From Monocercomonoides exilis PA203 (lineage: Eukaryota; Protista; Preaxostyla), in contig LSRY02000001.1 of the NCBI GenBank assembly GCA_001643675.2, forward strand, positions 2,170,001 through 2,234,000: a DNA stretch of 64,000 bases, in the 5' to 3' direction. This document shows positions 1 to 12,786 of this stretch, piece by piece. Both the position numbers and the translations under genes were made by a program. A model generated the notes under the pieces. That model was not told the origin of the DNA. It was given only the letters and a program-made list of their open reading frames with translations, and did no database searches. Position 1 is the first letter of the stretch, and each line of letters opens with the position of its first letter.

Positions 1-2364
1 TCTTCTTCAACGCCTTCTTTGATGAACATCAAAAATAAGGTTGAATTGTTCATTTCATTCAACTCCCCTCGAATTCAGCTCCAGGCCTTGTCTTTCATTC
101 TAACTCAGAAATACAAAAGAAATATTTATTCTTTCATTGAATAACGGCTGAAATTATACATCAACGGAAACGACTCTATTTTTAGTCGAGAAAAGCTGGT
201 CAGAAGGCATGCAAAAAAAAAGGAGATTGCCTCTGACTTTTTGCATTTTGTAGATGAAAGAGGCTCAGATGAAAAGAGCATATTATCGAAGCAATTCTTG
301 AACGGAATAAATGATTGAAATGATGTTCTTCTTCAGATTTTGCAATGTTCCGAGCCTTCAACGAGCAATCGAAGATGAAACGATGAAGGAAAGCGATTTC
401 AAGGAAAGACATGTTCAAAGAAAATTTCAATGAAATAACAGAATTTACAGAAGATATATGGTGATTAATCAATCAAATGCAAAAATGAGATGTTTTCTTC
501 AATTTTGTGTGCCATCTCCCCAACTTTCTTCGATTTTACCGTCACTTGCACATAAATCCACAATTTGTCTGCTCATTCAATATTATTTGCCAACGTTCTT
601 CACCTTCTTCAGAAAGCCCATCGCATTGTGTGTGCTCTTGCAGGGCATCTTTGATAGCCAGCAATTCACTTCCTTGATGTCAAGCAAACTTTCCACTTAT
701 TCATTGTCAGCTGAATTCTCGATGAGAAATATAAACAATTCAACATCCCAATCTCCGAATGCTCTGTTCCATCGTACCCAACAACCTAATTATCTTCTGA
801 GTGATGCTTCTCATTAAGTTGAAGGAAGACTCGTTCACGGAAGCTTCAAGAGACTCGCCTACAAAATACTCATGTCTTCTTCATCCTATTCCTTCGCTCT
901 CTCACTTAATTGCCAGAACAGTTTATCTTTTCCTTTTAGTGCAACATTTCACAAGCAGTTATAAATGATAATGCTGTGCTGATGCGATTCTGTTCATGGT
1001 TCGATGGTGATATCAATAGAGAGTGTGTGATGATTAACATGGAGGAGGCAAGCATGGAGTTTGATGTGAAAGAAGATAGCGTCATCAGCATTTTCGAAAG
1101 GAGAATTTCGATGAACCAGGCAGAAATGAAAGGAAGATGAGGGGAGGAAGGAGAAGGAAATGAGAAGGACGTGTGATGTGAAGAATAAAAAATTAAAAGG
1201 AGAGATCGAGTTAGTTATCCTCGTTGACTACAATCTCCCGGATATCACATTCTCCGTATGCTGAAGCGTTAGAGCTTGATATCTGGAATTGAAATTTGTC
1301 TATACTGATTAAGATGCAGAAAGGAAAAAAGGAGATAACAAACTGTTTTCATTCTTTTAATATTATTTATAAAATATTTTTCAACATAAAATTCTTGTTC
1401 TCTTTTATGAATGATAATTGTTTTTAGTTTTCATTTTCAAGATTAAAGATTTTTATTTTATGTATTTGTTGAGTTTATTGCTTAATCTTTATTTATTTTT
1501 AGTTCGTTTTTAAGACATTTGATCAATAAATTCATATTCACTTTTATTATAAAAAAATGTATGTTTTTTCGAATAAATTATAAAACAAATGTATATCGCA
1601 CTTGAAAAAGCTTTGAATGAATGAAAAATCAATTTAATATTTTGATCAATTGATACCATAATTATTTTATTTTTTCAATTTTTGATCTTTTTTATGATTT
1701 CAAAAAGAATCTCCCATATATTTTTTTATTTATTAATTCTCATTAATGAATTTTAAAAAAAATATTGAAAATTTCGAATGAATAAGAAAGATTTACAAAC
1801 CTTTGTGCAGTCCAATTTCTCATGAAAGATTAATGGAAGGATTTGAACCCCCCCCCCCCCCCATTTACCCCCCATGAGAAATTAGATTTCTTTCAAAATT
1901 CAAATATAAGAATACTTTACATTTAAATACATACCAAAAGCATATTTTAAAATATCATTTGAGGTTCAGATTAATTTTTATTTATAAAAAAGTGCCAATA
2001 AAGAAAAAAGTGCCAATAAAAAGATGGCACTCATGAAAATAACCATGTTTTTGACATAAACCAAAAAAGAAAAGATTAGAAAAATTCCACTTTAAAATGC
2101 AATTGATATTCATTCAAATAGTGTCAACATTTCAATTTAACTTTTTCACTTAGTGGCACTTTTTATGTTTGAAGCCGCCAATCAGCAAAAAGCCCACAAT
2201 GACTTTCAATTCAAATACAATTTCTTTTTTGCTTGTGTTAGCAGACACTTTTGTAGTGCGTTTGAAAATTATTATTCATTAGTCATTGAGAAATTTCGTA
2301 TTTTTGTTAAATTTGAAAGGACATTTACCAGCCAACCAGTCAACTCCTATAAAATTAGATGAAT

Positions 2365-2633
2365 GGGGCAAAATATCTCACTTCAGGCATATTCATTATA
2401 AAATTAAGCACTTTTCATTAACTTTTTGAGATCCAAATACATAATTAAAATGAGTCAATTTTTCGACAATGGTGAAATGTCACAATACCTTATGTTTTGA
2501 TTTGAATGATGCCTGTTTTCGGATATGAAAATCAAATTTTTTTAGAAATCTGAGAAAGTGAAATAAAGTTATGAGCGAAGCAATTTTTCAATGCCTAGTA
2601 CAAAAAAAGCTTGAAAGTCTATTATCTTCCCCC
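2365..2633 (+). mobile_element. MITE family A copy (~269 bp, GGGG...CCCC termini)
   Basis: Colinear similarity by eye to 15429-15696 and to the reverse complement of 15963-16231. Near-identical length and short G/C terminal inverted repeats. Non-coding. Confidence 0.75.
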
Positions 2634-2699
2634 ATATGAGAATGAAAATTTCAGGTTTTCTGTTAAAGAATACACCTCAAATGAGATGAATCAATTTTA

Positions 2700-4930
2700 A
2701 CACATTGCATCGATTCAAATGTTGCAGAAGAAGGAAATGGATTGACAGTCTTTGAGCTTCCATTTTTTAAAAACTTCATTTTCTCAATTTGTGGATCATT
2801 TGGATGATCTCAAAATACTGAACAATTCGTTGTGAAAATTCAAAAAAATATCAAATATTTCTTTGAAATGTGGACAGCTTTTTCAATTCTTTTTATGCAT
2901 GACTGTTACACAAACATTTGATATTCGAACTTCATTTTTCGGACAAACAAATATACTCAAAAATCATTGGAACACAAACACAATAAAAACAATAAATATT
3001 CAAGTCACTCATAATCATATTCACAAATTGAACTCAAAATCATGATGACATTCAATTTCCTGATTCAATAGATGATGATTTGGATGTTTCATGGAGATGA
3101 ATGCTGCTCATTTCAAATGATTCATCAATATGAAATTCCAAATACCTGAGCAGTTGAAACAGACGACATTTATTGCACACAAAGTTGGTAGAGAGTTATC
3201 AGTTGTGTTAAAACATTTCTTATTCAAATACTGGAGAACAGAATCTCACACCAAAACACTCTTCCAAAATACAAGTGATTGAAATGGATTTTTCCAAATC
3301 GAATAGATTCATTATAATCGAACTTGATAATTCAATATTTGTTGTTCACCAGCACACGTTTTTAATTGTGAGAGACATGTGAGTGTTTTCAGCCTATTTA
3401 TCAATTCCTTTTTCAAAAGTTGAAGTGGAAAATGTTTCAGCTTGATTTCTATTTTTTCCAAAAAAAAAGGAACCAAATTTTATGTGTTATTGGGGAAAAG
3501 ACAAAATCGTTTTTTCTTTGGAGGAAATCATTGAAAAGAGAGAAAAAGCAAATCAACAGTTATTTATGAAAACAAAGAAAGTGTGAATTCTTTTTTGTTT
3601 ATTGATGAATATGAAGATAAATCAACATGTAAGCTTGAAGAAAGATGGTTGCAAAAAGAAATAGCTGAATATTTGAAATTCAAAAAGTCACAAAAAATGA
3701 TTCATGTTTGAATCGACTCACCAACGCGTCAGTGCTATCTGTTTGTGTTTGTCTCTTTCAGCAATTGAGGAACAATAGTATTTTCTGATAGACACTTCTC
3801 GATGTTAGATGAAGGATTTCTTTTCACTTTTATTCTGAAACGTCAGTTGAGAATTGGTGAATATTGAAATCTCACTCTTAATTCCTCTGAGAAAAAGATA
3901 TGTTTGTTAACAATTCACTCAAAACAGTCATTCATTCTTTTAGAATTATCTTTTGTTTCCATGTGTTTGACTGAGAAGGGAATTGAATATTAATGAGATG
4001 TGGATTTCATGAGATCTGTTTTCGAAGTTAATTGATGGAAGATTTCATTTCCCAACAAGCATGATAGTTGCTTTTTGAGAGATGGTTTTAGGAATTATTT
4101 GTTCTGTATTTTTTTTTGGGGTATTTCCAGATGATAGAACATTCAAAAATTGAATAATTTCTATATTTCGATAAAATTTTGGAACAATATAACACAAATA
4201 TTGTTCATGTAAAAACTTTTCTCTGAAAAAAAACAAGTGACTGAAACAGATGTCTCAAACACTTCATTTTCCCCAAAAGAATCCAACACAAAGTTGACTC
4301 CTTCTTCATCTGCGATTTCTGATGCACAAAAAGCAAAGATTTCCAATCTCTTGACAGAAAAGAATTCATTGATCAAGTGTCAGTTTGAAGAAAAACTGAC
4401 TTCATGGATGAGAAAACCTTTGTTTTCCTTCATTAAAAATCAATGACAGTGATATGTCAGTTAAAAATGAAAAGTTGATCAAAGAGCTAGATTGTAATTG
4501 AGACAGAGAAGCAACCAGATGAATAATGAGTTGGAAATAATAAAAAGGAGAACATTTGATTTTCAATTCAACTTCATATGAAACAGGAATAAGAGAGAAA
4601 AGATTGATGAAATGAAAAAAATCAATGACTTTCATTGTTTGATTATCAGGCAGTGTCAAACTGAATAAATAGATTAATACGATTTCATCATGTGAACATA
4701 ATCTGATTGAAAAAACGAAAAGAAGGAGGATGAAAAAAGATTTCGTTTTCCACAAAATAAAGACAGTCTTTTATGTTCTGAAAAATCTGGTTTATTTTGA
4801 TCGAACTATCTCAAATATATAACTGAAGAACAAATATTATTTCATTTCAATCTTTCAGATCCTTAAATTCACAAACAGTGGACTCCATATTCTTCGTGAT
4901 CAAAGTGTTCTCACATTTTCAAGTGGGTTA
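2700..4930 (+). pseudogene. Decayed Mutator-like (MULE) transposase
   Basis: Broken frames keep MULE-type motifs in the expected order. These are RFKCCRR...KCG...THNH (FAR1/WRKY-GCM1-like Zn finger, ~2710-3020), TIVFSDRHFSML (~3772-3810, resembling the second catalytic Asp motif), an ES-N segment (~4280) and CSHIF (4906-4920, SWIM-like). Many stops and frameshifts. Confidence 0.55.
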
Positions 4931-5346
4931 TATGAAATATTGTCAGTTTTCTCAATGAGGGTTTCAAAAAACTTTGCCTTGTTAAGATAATTTTTGTAGT
5001 TGCTGAAAAAGTGATCTGATTTATTAATTGTTGATCATCCACTTTATTTCAAGAATCCACAAAAAAGATCAACTTATTTCACCTCATTTTTAATCTTTTG
5101 TGATTGTTCAATTTTTGTTTCCAAACAAACAGAATGAAACAGTTTTGCATGTTTTTGATGCTGAAAAGAAATTTGTGAATGAAATGAAACAAACAATTGA
5201 TTCACATTTCAACTTTAAGTCACATCATCAATGCGATTAATGAGGAAGAAAAAAATGAAAAAAAAAACACTATTAAATTCACAAATATATGTTGTATGAA
5301 ATTAAAAACAAGTCAAGTTGCTCTGAAAGAATTGGAAATCTCAATT

Positions 5347-7815
5347 CTACTCCTGAGTGCTCATTTCTTGTTCTTTGCTCACATCTGTGTTGTACTTGGC
5401 TTTCTTTTTCTTGATAATTACAACAACCACAATCACAACAACCACAACAACAACAACAACAACCACTATCGGCACAACAACGGCAACAATTATCCTTCTT
5501 TTCTTCTCTTTTTGCTTTCTGTTTTGCTCAGCGATTCGATCTTGTCTCACTTTCACATACTTCTCACATACATCCTCCGGCTCTGATTCTTCATCTTTTG
5601 CTCCAACAATCCACCCAGCTGTTGAATCGTCATAATCATTTGCAAATTCAAATGCATCTTCTTGTTTGCAGAATTCTTCGAAGTCTGGGGCAAGGATGAA
5701 CAGAGAAGTTGTTTTTGAGCCAGCTGTGTTTGAACTGTCTATCTCCAAATTGTTTGCTGTGGGAAGTTGAAGATTCGATGTTGCCTTGGGCATTCTGATC
5801 AGCATCGCCCCTGCTTTCCCCTCTGGTGCTGAACACGATTTGAATGAACATTTGCTTCCCCTTCCAATTGCCACTGTCGATTCTTCTGAGAACAAAACAA
5901 TCTGCAATCCAGCTGTATTTCCCATTTCCGAATTTGAATCTTTGATATCCAGTCCCTCAATTGACACTTTCGAAGTTGTCTCAATCCCATCGTTGATGCT
6001 AATCGCTGCTCCTCCTTTCACTTTCACTTTGCCGATCTCCACTCCGTTCAAAGACACTTCACTGGCTCCAAGGAATGAAAATGGAGATAATAGAAATGAA
6101 ACTGTATTCTTTTCGTCTGTGCATGTGACAGTTTTCACAGAAACTTTCCCACCAAGAACGCTCACAAGACTTCCAACAGCAAAATCATCTTCATGGTTAT
6201 TTGAAGCAATTCCTCCTTCTTGTGATTGTCTCCCAACTCTAACAAATCGGATATTGCTGATTGTGAGTGATGTTGACATCTCATTTCCGAAAATTAAATA
6301 ATCCCATTTTTTCTCTGATGTGGGAATGTTGAGTGCCAAATACTTGAATTCCACCTCCCTTTCGCACATGAATAAAGTACTTAAAGCGCTCACATCGCAA
6401 TCGATTGCCATCTCAACATTTCCATTTCCATCACTGTTCACTCCTTCGATGGTTATCCCATTGTCAACGTCAAACGAGATGGCCTCGGCTCTGATTGGAT
6501 CTTCTGTGTTGACAATGTCTATGAAACATTTTTCACTTTTGTCCAAATAATCGTAAGCATCTTTCAAGCTGTACATTGCCGATTCAAAGTTTATTCCATT
6601 TCCTTTTCCACCATTCTTCACAAAAGCCTTTTGCATGTTTTCTGGCCTTGGAGGAAGTGGATCAAAATACTTGAAAACAAAATCACACTCATTTTGATCA
6701 CTATTGTCGAATCCAACAACATTCCATCTGTTATCTCTTCTGTTGAAATCGGAGGCAAAACTGTTCTTCATTGATGCTGCGATGTCTTCAAATAATGAGT
6801 CATTGATCATCCTTATGAATAATCCTATGTTCCTTTTTGACTCACCTTCTCCTGCTGAACATCTGTCAAATATCAGTTTCCTTCCGTCTTGGGGCCATTT
6901 GAGCTGAGTTGCAGACATGATAGTTGGCATTTGCAGATATATTCCACCTGAGCTATGAAAATCACTGCAACTGCACAATGAAAAAGTGGTAACTCCTCCG
7001 TTGCCAACTGTGAATGTGCTTTTGTCGTTTGTGGTTGCAATATTCAAAGCTGCACCATAGCTTTTCAATTCAGAAAATGTGCTCCGATTCAATGTGATTT
7101 CAGATTCAACATTTGCTGAACTAATTATTTTTATAACGGAATCACCACTAATCTCAATTTTATCCATAGAAATATTTGATAATGAAACAATAAGAGCGTC
7201 TAGTATTTTAAAAGGAACTTTAGAAGATAAGAGTGTATTTTCTGCATCTTTGCATTCAACTGACTCTAATGTCAATAAACCTCTCGTTGTGCACACAAGA
7301 TTTATATCAATGCTTTTCTCTCTTGCTTCTGGTCGAACAAATCTGCAGTTTCTTATTGACAGCGATGCCTTATCACCTTTGATTAATGAGTAAATTGAAA
7401 AATCTTGATTCTCTTTTTCCAATGATGTTGGAAAATGAAATGCCAAGAATTTGAATTCCACTGTGCCTTCACACTTGAATAGATCACTTCCCGGATTAAC
7501 GTCACAGTCTATTGCCACTTCAGTGTTTCCTCTTCCATCACTTTTCCATCCTTCAATCGTCAATGCAGGTTTTTTGTCAAACACAACGGCTTCGGCTGTA
7601 AATGGATCCGTATCGGAAATAATTTTAATGTTGTGCTCCGTTTCGCCACTCAACAAACTGTATGCAACTTTCAATGATTGCTTTTCCTGATCGATTGCCA
7701 ATCCACTGTTTTCATCTTTCCCACTTTGCTTCACAAACACCGTTGATATTGCTGATGACTCTTCTTGCGAGTGAACAGATATCACAATTTGGAAAAGAAT
7801 TAATCCCAGAAACAT
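5347..7815 (-). CDS. Type I membrane surface protein with duplicated beta-helix/pectin-lyase-like ectodomain
   Basis: Intronless ORF. The likely start MFLGLILFQIVISVHS resembles a signal peptide. Two internal ~380-aa repeats (TVFVKQSG..EVAIDCDV..VEFKFLAF and KAFVKNGG..EMAIDCDV..VEFKYLAL). Poly-Val TM helix followed by KKKK and a short tail. Confidence 0.85.
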   Translation of the reverse strand: MFLGLILFQIVISVHSQEESSAISTVFVKQSGKDENSGLAIDQEKQSLKVAYSLLSGETEHNIKIISDTDPFTAEAVVFDKKPALTIEGWKSDGRGNTEVAIDCDVNPGSDLFKCEGTVEFKFLAFHFPTSLEKENQDFSIYSLIKGDKASLSIRNCRFVRPEAREKSIDINLVCTTRGLLTLESVECKDAENTLLSSKVPFKILDALIVSLSNISMDKIEISGDSVIKIISSANVESEITLNRSTFSELKSYGAALNIATTNDKSTFTVGNGGVTTFSLCSCSDFHSSGGIYLQMPTIMSATQLKWPQDGRKLIFDRCSAGEGESKRNIGLFIRMINDSLFEDIAASMKNSFASDFNRRDNRWNVVGFDNSDQNECDFVFKYFDPLPPRPENMQKAFVKNGGKGNGINFESAMYSLKDAYDYLDKSEKCFIDIVNTEDPIRAEAISFDVDNGITIEGVNSDGNGNVEMAIDCDVSALSTLFMCEREVEFKYLALNIPTSEKKWDYLIFGNEMSTSLTISNIRFVRVGRQSQEGGIASNNHEDDFAVGSLVSVLGGKVSVKTVTCTDEKNTVSFLLSPFSFLGASEVSLNGVEIGKVKVKGGAAISINDGIETTSKVSIEGLDIKDSNSEMGNTAGLQIVLFSEESTVAIGRGSKCSFKSCSAPEGKAGAMLIRMPKATSNLQLPTANNLEIDSSNTAGSKTTSLFILAPDFEEFCKQEDAFEFANDYDDSTAGWIVGAKDEESEPEDVCEKYVKVRQDRIAEQNRKQKEKKRRIIVAVVVPIVVVVVVVVVVVIVVVVIIKKKKAKYNTDVSKEQEMSTQE

Positions 7816-9018
7816 TCTTTGAAGCACTACTCGATGAAAAATGGTTTGATCAATGTTTGCATTATTTGAAAAGAAAAAGATCATGGAATGTTGGTCATAA
7901 TAAATATCATAACTGAAGTTAATGAAAATGTTGAGGATTGATTAATTTAAGAGGTGCAAACCACATTCGATATTATTTAATTGATGAAGGTTAGTTAAGA
8001 ATTTGGATTTTTCTTTTTCTCCATTCTCTCTTCTGCTTCTTCCTCACTTCAAATCATCTTTTTTTTTCTGTGTTGTTGATAATGTTATCTGGTTCCTTTT
8101 TCAGCTTCATTGAACAGTGCTTTCTTTTTATTTTTAGTTTGATTTTGGCTTTTTCCACAGAAATATTCTCTTCTTTCTCTCTTTCACTTCTCTTCCTTCG
8201 ATGAAATTGCCTCATCCAATTTGAAAAGAACAGTTCTGCAAAAGAATTCTCAGGTTTTTGTTCGAACCAACTGTGAACAAAATTCTAATCTTTGATGACA
8301 TGATCTGGGACAGTTGGTTTTGTGATTGTTGATGATCAAAGAAACAAGCAAAACAAATATGGCAACATGCGCAATTTGAACATAATTTTTGTCGTTTTTG
8401 ATGAAAATACCAATTTGTTCCTAACTTTTTCAGCAATCACATAATTATTTGTCTTTCATTCTCATGTGAAAAATGATAAGTTGATTTATTAAATTGAGAA
8501 TATTTTTTGAAAATAATTAGTGGAACTAAATTCAGAAAACAGAAAATTTTGAACCATTTCTTTTTGCACATGTTTTGCTAAGCAATGAAATCAAAGCACA
8601 GTTTTGAAATGAAATATCGCTCTTATAAAATAACTGTGACTGCTTTTTCTCAGCTTTCAGAAGGGAATTACAAGTTTCAATTTGATCAATGTTGGTGTAT
8701 AACTTTTTAACAATTGATCAAAATAGTGATAAAAAAACTGAATTAAGATTGAGATAATTTGAATCAGTTGAGCATAATAGAAAAGAATCACATCTTTTTG
8801 AATTGGCTGTATTAATTCAAAATTGTTTTATCATTTGAAATTGCAAAGAGCATAAAACAATCTTATTTGCTATTATTATTATCACGTTATTATTTTTGTT
8901 ATAATTTTTCAAATTCTCCCTTTGATGCAACCCACTTTTTTTTGGTAAGTTAAAAAAAAACCATTATTTTTTAAAAATTAGAAAGAAAGCTCCCCCAAAA
9001 TAAAATAAAGCTCAATCT

Positions 9019-9529
9019 TTATTTCGGATTCCCTTTCTTCTTCCCTCTCTTGTTCTTTGAATTCACAAATCCCAGCCCTGCAATGTATCTTCCCTGAGGC
9101 TCTCCAGCACTGTCTTTCTTCTCATTCTGCTTCTGCCCTCCTCTCACAAATAGAGAGGCATCTCCAGTTGAGGAAGAAGAGGAAGAAGAAGAAGAAGAAG
9201 AGAACGAAGGAGAAGGAGTGGAGAAGGAGGAAAAACGTGATGAAGAAGAAGAAGAAGATGATGATGAAGAGCCTTGCATTTGCATTCTCAGTCGCTCTGC
9301 AAATGAGGAAGAAGCACCTTTCACTCGATACACCCCGACCGGCTGAGGGGCAGTGGAGGCATCGGGTGATTGGACAGCTCCTGATGAGTAAAAGGAAGAG
9401 GTAGAAGAAGAAGAGGGAGAGGAAGAGGAAGAAGAAGAAGAAGGGGAAAGAAGGAAGAGAAGGCGAAATGGTTGCTTTTCGATGGTTATTGGCCCATCTA
9501 AAGCAGAATCAGAAGAAGAAGAAGAAGAA

Positions 9530-9562
<33 letters not shown>

Positions 9563-11531
9563 GCAGGTGAAGAAGAACCAGGAGAATAAGAAGAAGCAGA
9601 AGAGGATTTAACTCCAGCTTCTCTCCACTTCACCATCTGCCTTTCTTTCTCCTTCGCCGACGCAAACAGCGCCGGCTGGAACTTCACGTCGAACAAAGTC
9701 TCCACCCCAAACGAAGCTAAGCGGTGGCCTTTCACATTGAAGAGGATAAACAAGTTGTCCACACGCAGTCTTGGCGTGCACACGGCAGACACGAAAAAGC
9801 GGCTGTCGCACGACCAGCTGATGTCGTTGCCCCACGGATTGAAGCAACGGCCCAGAAGATAGGGTGAGTCCGCCGGTGGTGCTGAAGAAGAAGAAGACGA
9901 AGACGGAGAAGGAGAAGGCCAAATATCATCAGCATTAGCTCCTTTCTTCCCTCTTCCCCCTTCTCCTTTCGCTCCTTTTGCCCCTTTGCTCTTTCTCGTG
10001 TCCAGCTTGTCTGCCACCATCTGCTTCACATCCAGAATGTCCATCTGCCCCGACCCAATGTTCCCAAACCCTCCAACAATCAAGTAATTCCCATTGGGCG
10101 AGAACTTCAGCGTGTTCAGATTGCTCTTCAGCACCTCGTACACCGCCTGGCCTTTCCCGTCAAACAGAGTCAGCGTCGCTGGCATCGCCCCGTGCAGCAC
10201 AAAGAACTCCCCAAATCCTATGTTCCCTTCCCTTTTGGCCCCAGCTTTCTTCTTTCCTTTCCCTTTCCCTTTCCCTTTCTCCTTCTCCTTCTCCTTCTCA
10301 TTCTCTTTATCACCTTCTTTCTCTTTCTCTTTCTCTTTCTCTTTTTCCTCTTCCTCCTCATTTCCTTCGTCCTCATCGTCTTTCGGGAAGCGGTACTTCG
10401 CATCGTGTATCGGCATGCCGATCCCGCTGACTTCCTTCGCCTCTCCTTTCCTCGTGTCGATGAAGAACAGCCCCGTCTCTCCGTAATACGACCGGTTCAG
10501 CATGTCGCTATCAGTCCGCGACAGGCACAGCGCTGTCTTCCCCTTCGGCCCGACAATCAAATCACCAGACGTCGCTCGGAAGAACGACTTCGACGCAGCA
10601 GGAGTCAGCGGAGCACTCGAAGCGGTGGTTGCGACAATAGAGCCGTACGTGAAAACAGAGAAACGCGCAGGCTTTGCCCCCGATGCAGACAGAAATACGG
10701 CCACTGGAGGACCATTTGTACGCAGCTGGGTGTAATCTGGCTGTGTAGGTGGAGGTGACGTGACTGATGAAGATGAATAAGGCTCTAAGCTCGGTGAAGT
10801 CGATGAAGAAGATGATTCAGAAGTTGCTGATGGAGCAGTTGGTAAATTTTGAAGATAATGAGTTAATTTTCCTGACGGAGGCGGCAAAGAAAACGAAACA
10901 AGATGATCAAGTCTTAGTCGATGCTGATATCTTGGAGTTAAAATATCTGCTTTCTTTCCTTCGGCAGAATCTTCTTTGAGTAATGTTTCTTTTTGTTTTT
11001 CAAGGAGTTCTAGAACAACAGGAACTTCGTAGAATTCGATCGTATTTCTCTGCCGCATAACCGCAAACAGGAATTCGTTTTCGCTCCATTTAACAGCCGG
11101 TAACTGCTGGTCGAAAATATTCATTCCAAAAAGAAGCGATTTACGCGCGAGATCAAAAAATAATAGATTTGGAATGCTGTCATTTCTTGTCAATGGGCGA
11201 TAATATACACATAAAAATGTATTTAGTGGTGAAAAATCAATGCATTCGCAGAAAGGTGAATTGTTCTTTATGAAAAATAAATAAATTGATATAACTCAAT
11301 AAAAATAACGTTCCAAACTTCAAAGAAAGCTTCTCCTGTTTCTGCTTCTAATATCACAAATCCATTGCCATCTGGCTTTACAATTCCAAGAAAGCGACCA
11401 TCAGGAGAATAAGACGTGTGTCCTCCAGTCGTAAGCTCTGGATTTGGGTCAGGGATATAAACAGAAGGTGGACCCATGCAAAGAGTCAATCCATCTTTTG
11501 ATCTTGTGAAGAAACGAAGAGTAGAAGACAT
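9019..11531 (-). CDS. EIF2A: Eukaryotic translation initiation factor 2A (2 exons; intron 11266-11318)
   Basis: Motifs KSFFRA, SYYGET.LF, PIHD, F.VLHG.MPA, KFSPNG..LIVGGFGN and PRLRVDN. A GT-AG intron joins EAFFE to NNSPFCECIDFSPLNTFL in frame. Confidence 0.93.
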
Positions 11532-11692
11532 GGAACAATGTTTATAAATCAATCAATTAAAGAATGAACTGTGGGACATCCATATTATGTTGAGGGTGTG
11601 ATCAAAAAAACAATTAAAAAACCAAACAGAAACTACATTATTAAAACATTTATTTCTTAATTTTTTTTTTGTATTCCATGCTTGAAATCTGC

Positions 11693-12091
11693 GGTATAAT
11701 TCAAGTGTACTGGTACCAATTGATCCGACCCACTATTATTTTTTAGGGTTATTTTTTGATTTGGTTTTTTCTATTGATTGATGTTTTAGGGTTAGGGTTA
11801 GCACTCGAAAATACTTGCTAGGGTTTTATTTAGCTATAGGGTTTGCGCGGAGTTCTTCTTTTTAGGTTTTTGTCAAAAATATTAGGTTTTTCTATTCATA
11901 TTTTTTTTTGGGTTAGGGTTGGCAATAAAAGAAAAATTTAAAATAGAACCCCATGGGGGTGCGATAATGGTCTAGTGGTTGGTTGATGTCCGACCATTGT
12001 GCTAGGGTCTGGGTTCAATTCCCACTAGACCCTATTTATTTTTTGCTAATTTTTTATTGAATTTTTGGTACCAGCTCTCTTGAATCTTACC
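11693..12091. mobile_element. Merlin-like non-autonomous DNA transposon (399 bp)
   Basis: Exact 8-bp direct repeat AAATCTGC at 11685-11692 and 12092-12099. Imperfect 27-bp TIRs GGTATAATTCAAGTGTACTGGTACCAA / TTGGTACCAGCTCTCTTGAATCTTACC. GG termini with an 8-bp TSD fit Merlin. Confidence 0.75.
11960..12044 (+). ncRNA. tRNA-like Pol III cassette (A-box, B-box, two hairpins, T-run); not a canonical tRNA
   Basis: TGGTCTAGTGG at 11968-11978 and GGTTCAATTCC at 12012-12022. Stems ATAATGGTC/GACCATTGT and TAGGGTCT/AGACCCTA, followed by TTTTTT. I could not build a cloverleaf. Confidence 0.45.
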
Positions 12092-12786
12092 AAATCTGCT
12101 TTGAAAAGAAATTCATTCTGACTTTTGAATACACCAAAAATAATTCAATTTCGTAATTTATTAATTCGATTTCGAAAAAGAATTATTCAATTTGGAATCG
12201 AAAATTTTTTTTATTTGTGGAATGAATAACTTGTGTTTGGGGCTTTAAATTCTCTAAATTTTTATTTCATCAGTTCACTTTGTTTATCCATATTAAAAAA
12301 ATGATGCATTTTCAATTAAAGAATTCATTTATTTTGTCTTCATATTTCTTTTATAGAAGTTTTTCAAAAAAAAAAAAAATTTCATTTTAGTATTAAAAAT
12401 TGATGTTTTACTATTTTATCTCCAAAGAAACTTAAAAAATTTAATTGTGAAAAAAATACCTGTTTTTTGTTATTCAATAAATTGTGATTATATTTTTTTA
12501 ATTTTTATTTGGTTATTCAATAGAATGAATTTTTATTTATTAATTATTATTTGAGTGATGATTTTCGAAAATGAAAAAAATATTCAAAAAATTGATTTAT
12601 TGATTGTTGCAATTAAAAAAACAGTTTTCTTAGAGTAATAATATTTGATTGGTTAAATAATTTCATAAAATTTTCTGAAAACTATTCTCGAGAAAAATTA
12701 AAAATTTCAGTTTTAAATGAATTTCAAAATTGAAATATTCATTTTCGAAATCGTATGAATTTATAACAAAATTGAAAAATAAATTT

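Noticed and set aside
11740-11925. True telomere or chromosome-fusion scar
   Set aside because: Only short degenerate TTAGGG motifs, all inside a TSD-bounded element.
11955-12035. Canonical tRNA gene
   Set aside because: A and B boxes are present but no acceptor stem or anticodon arm can be formed.
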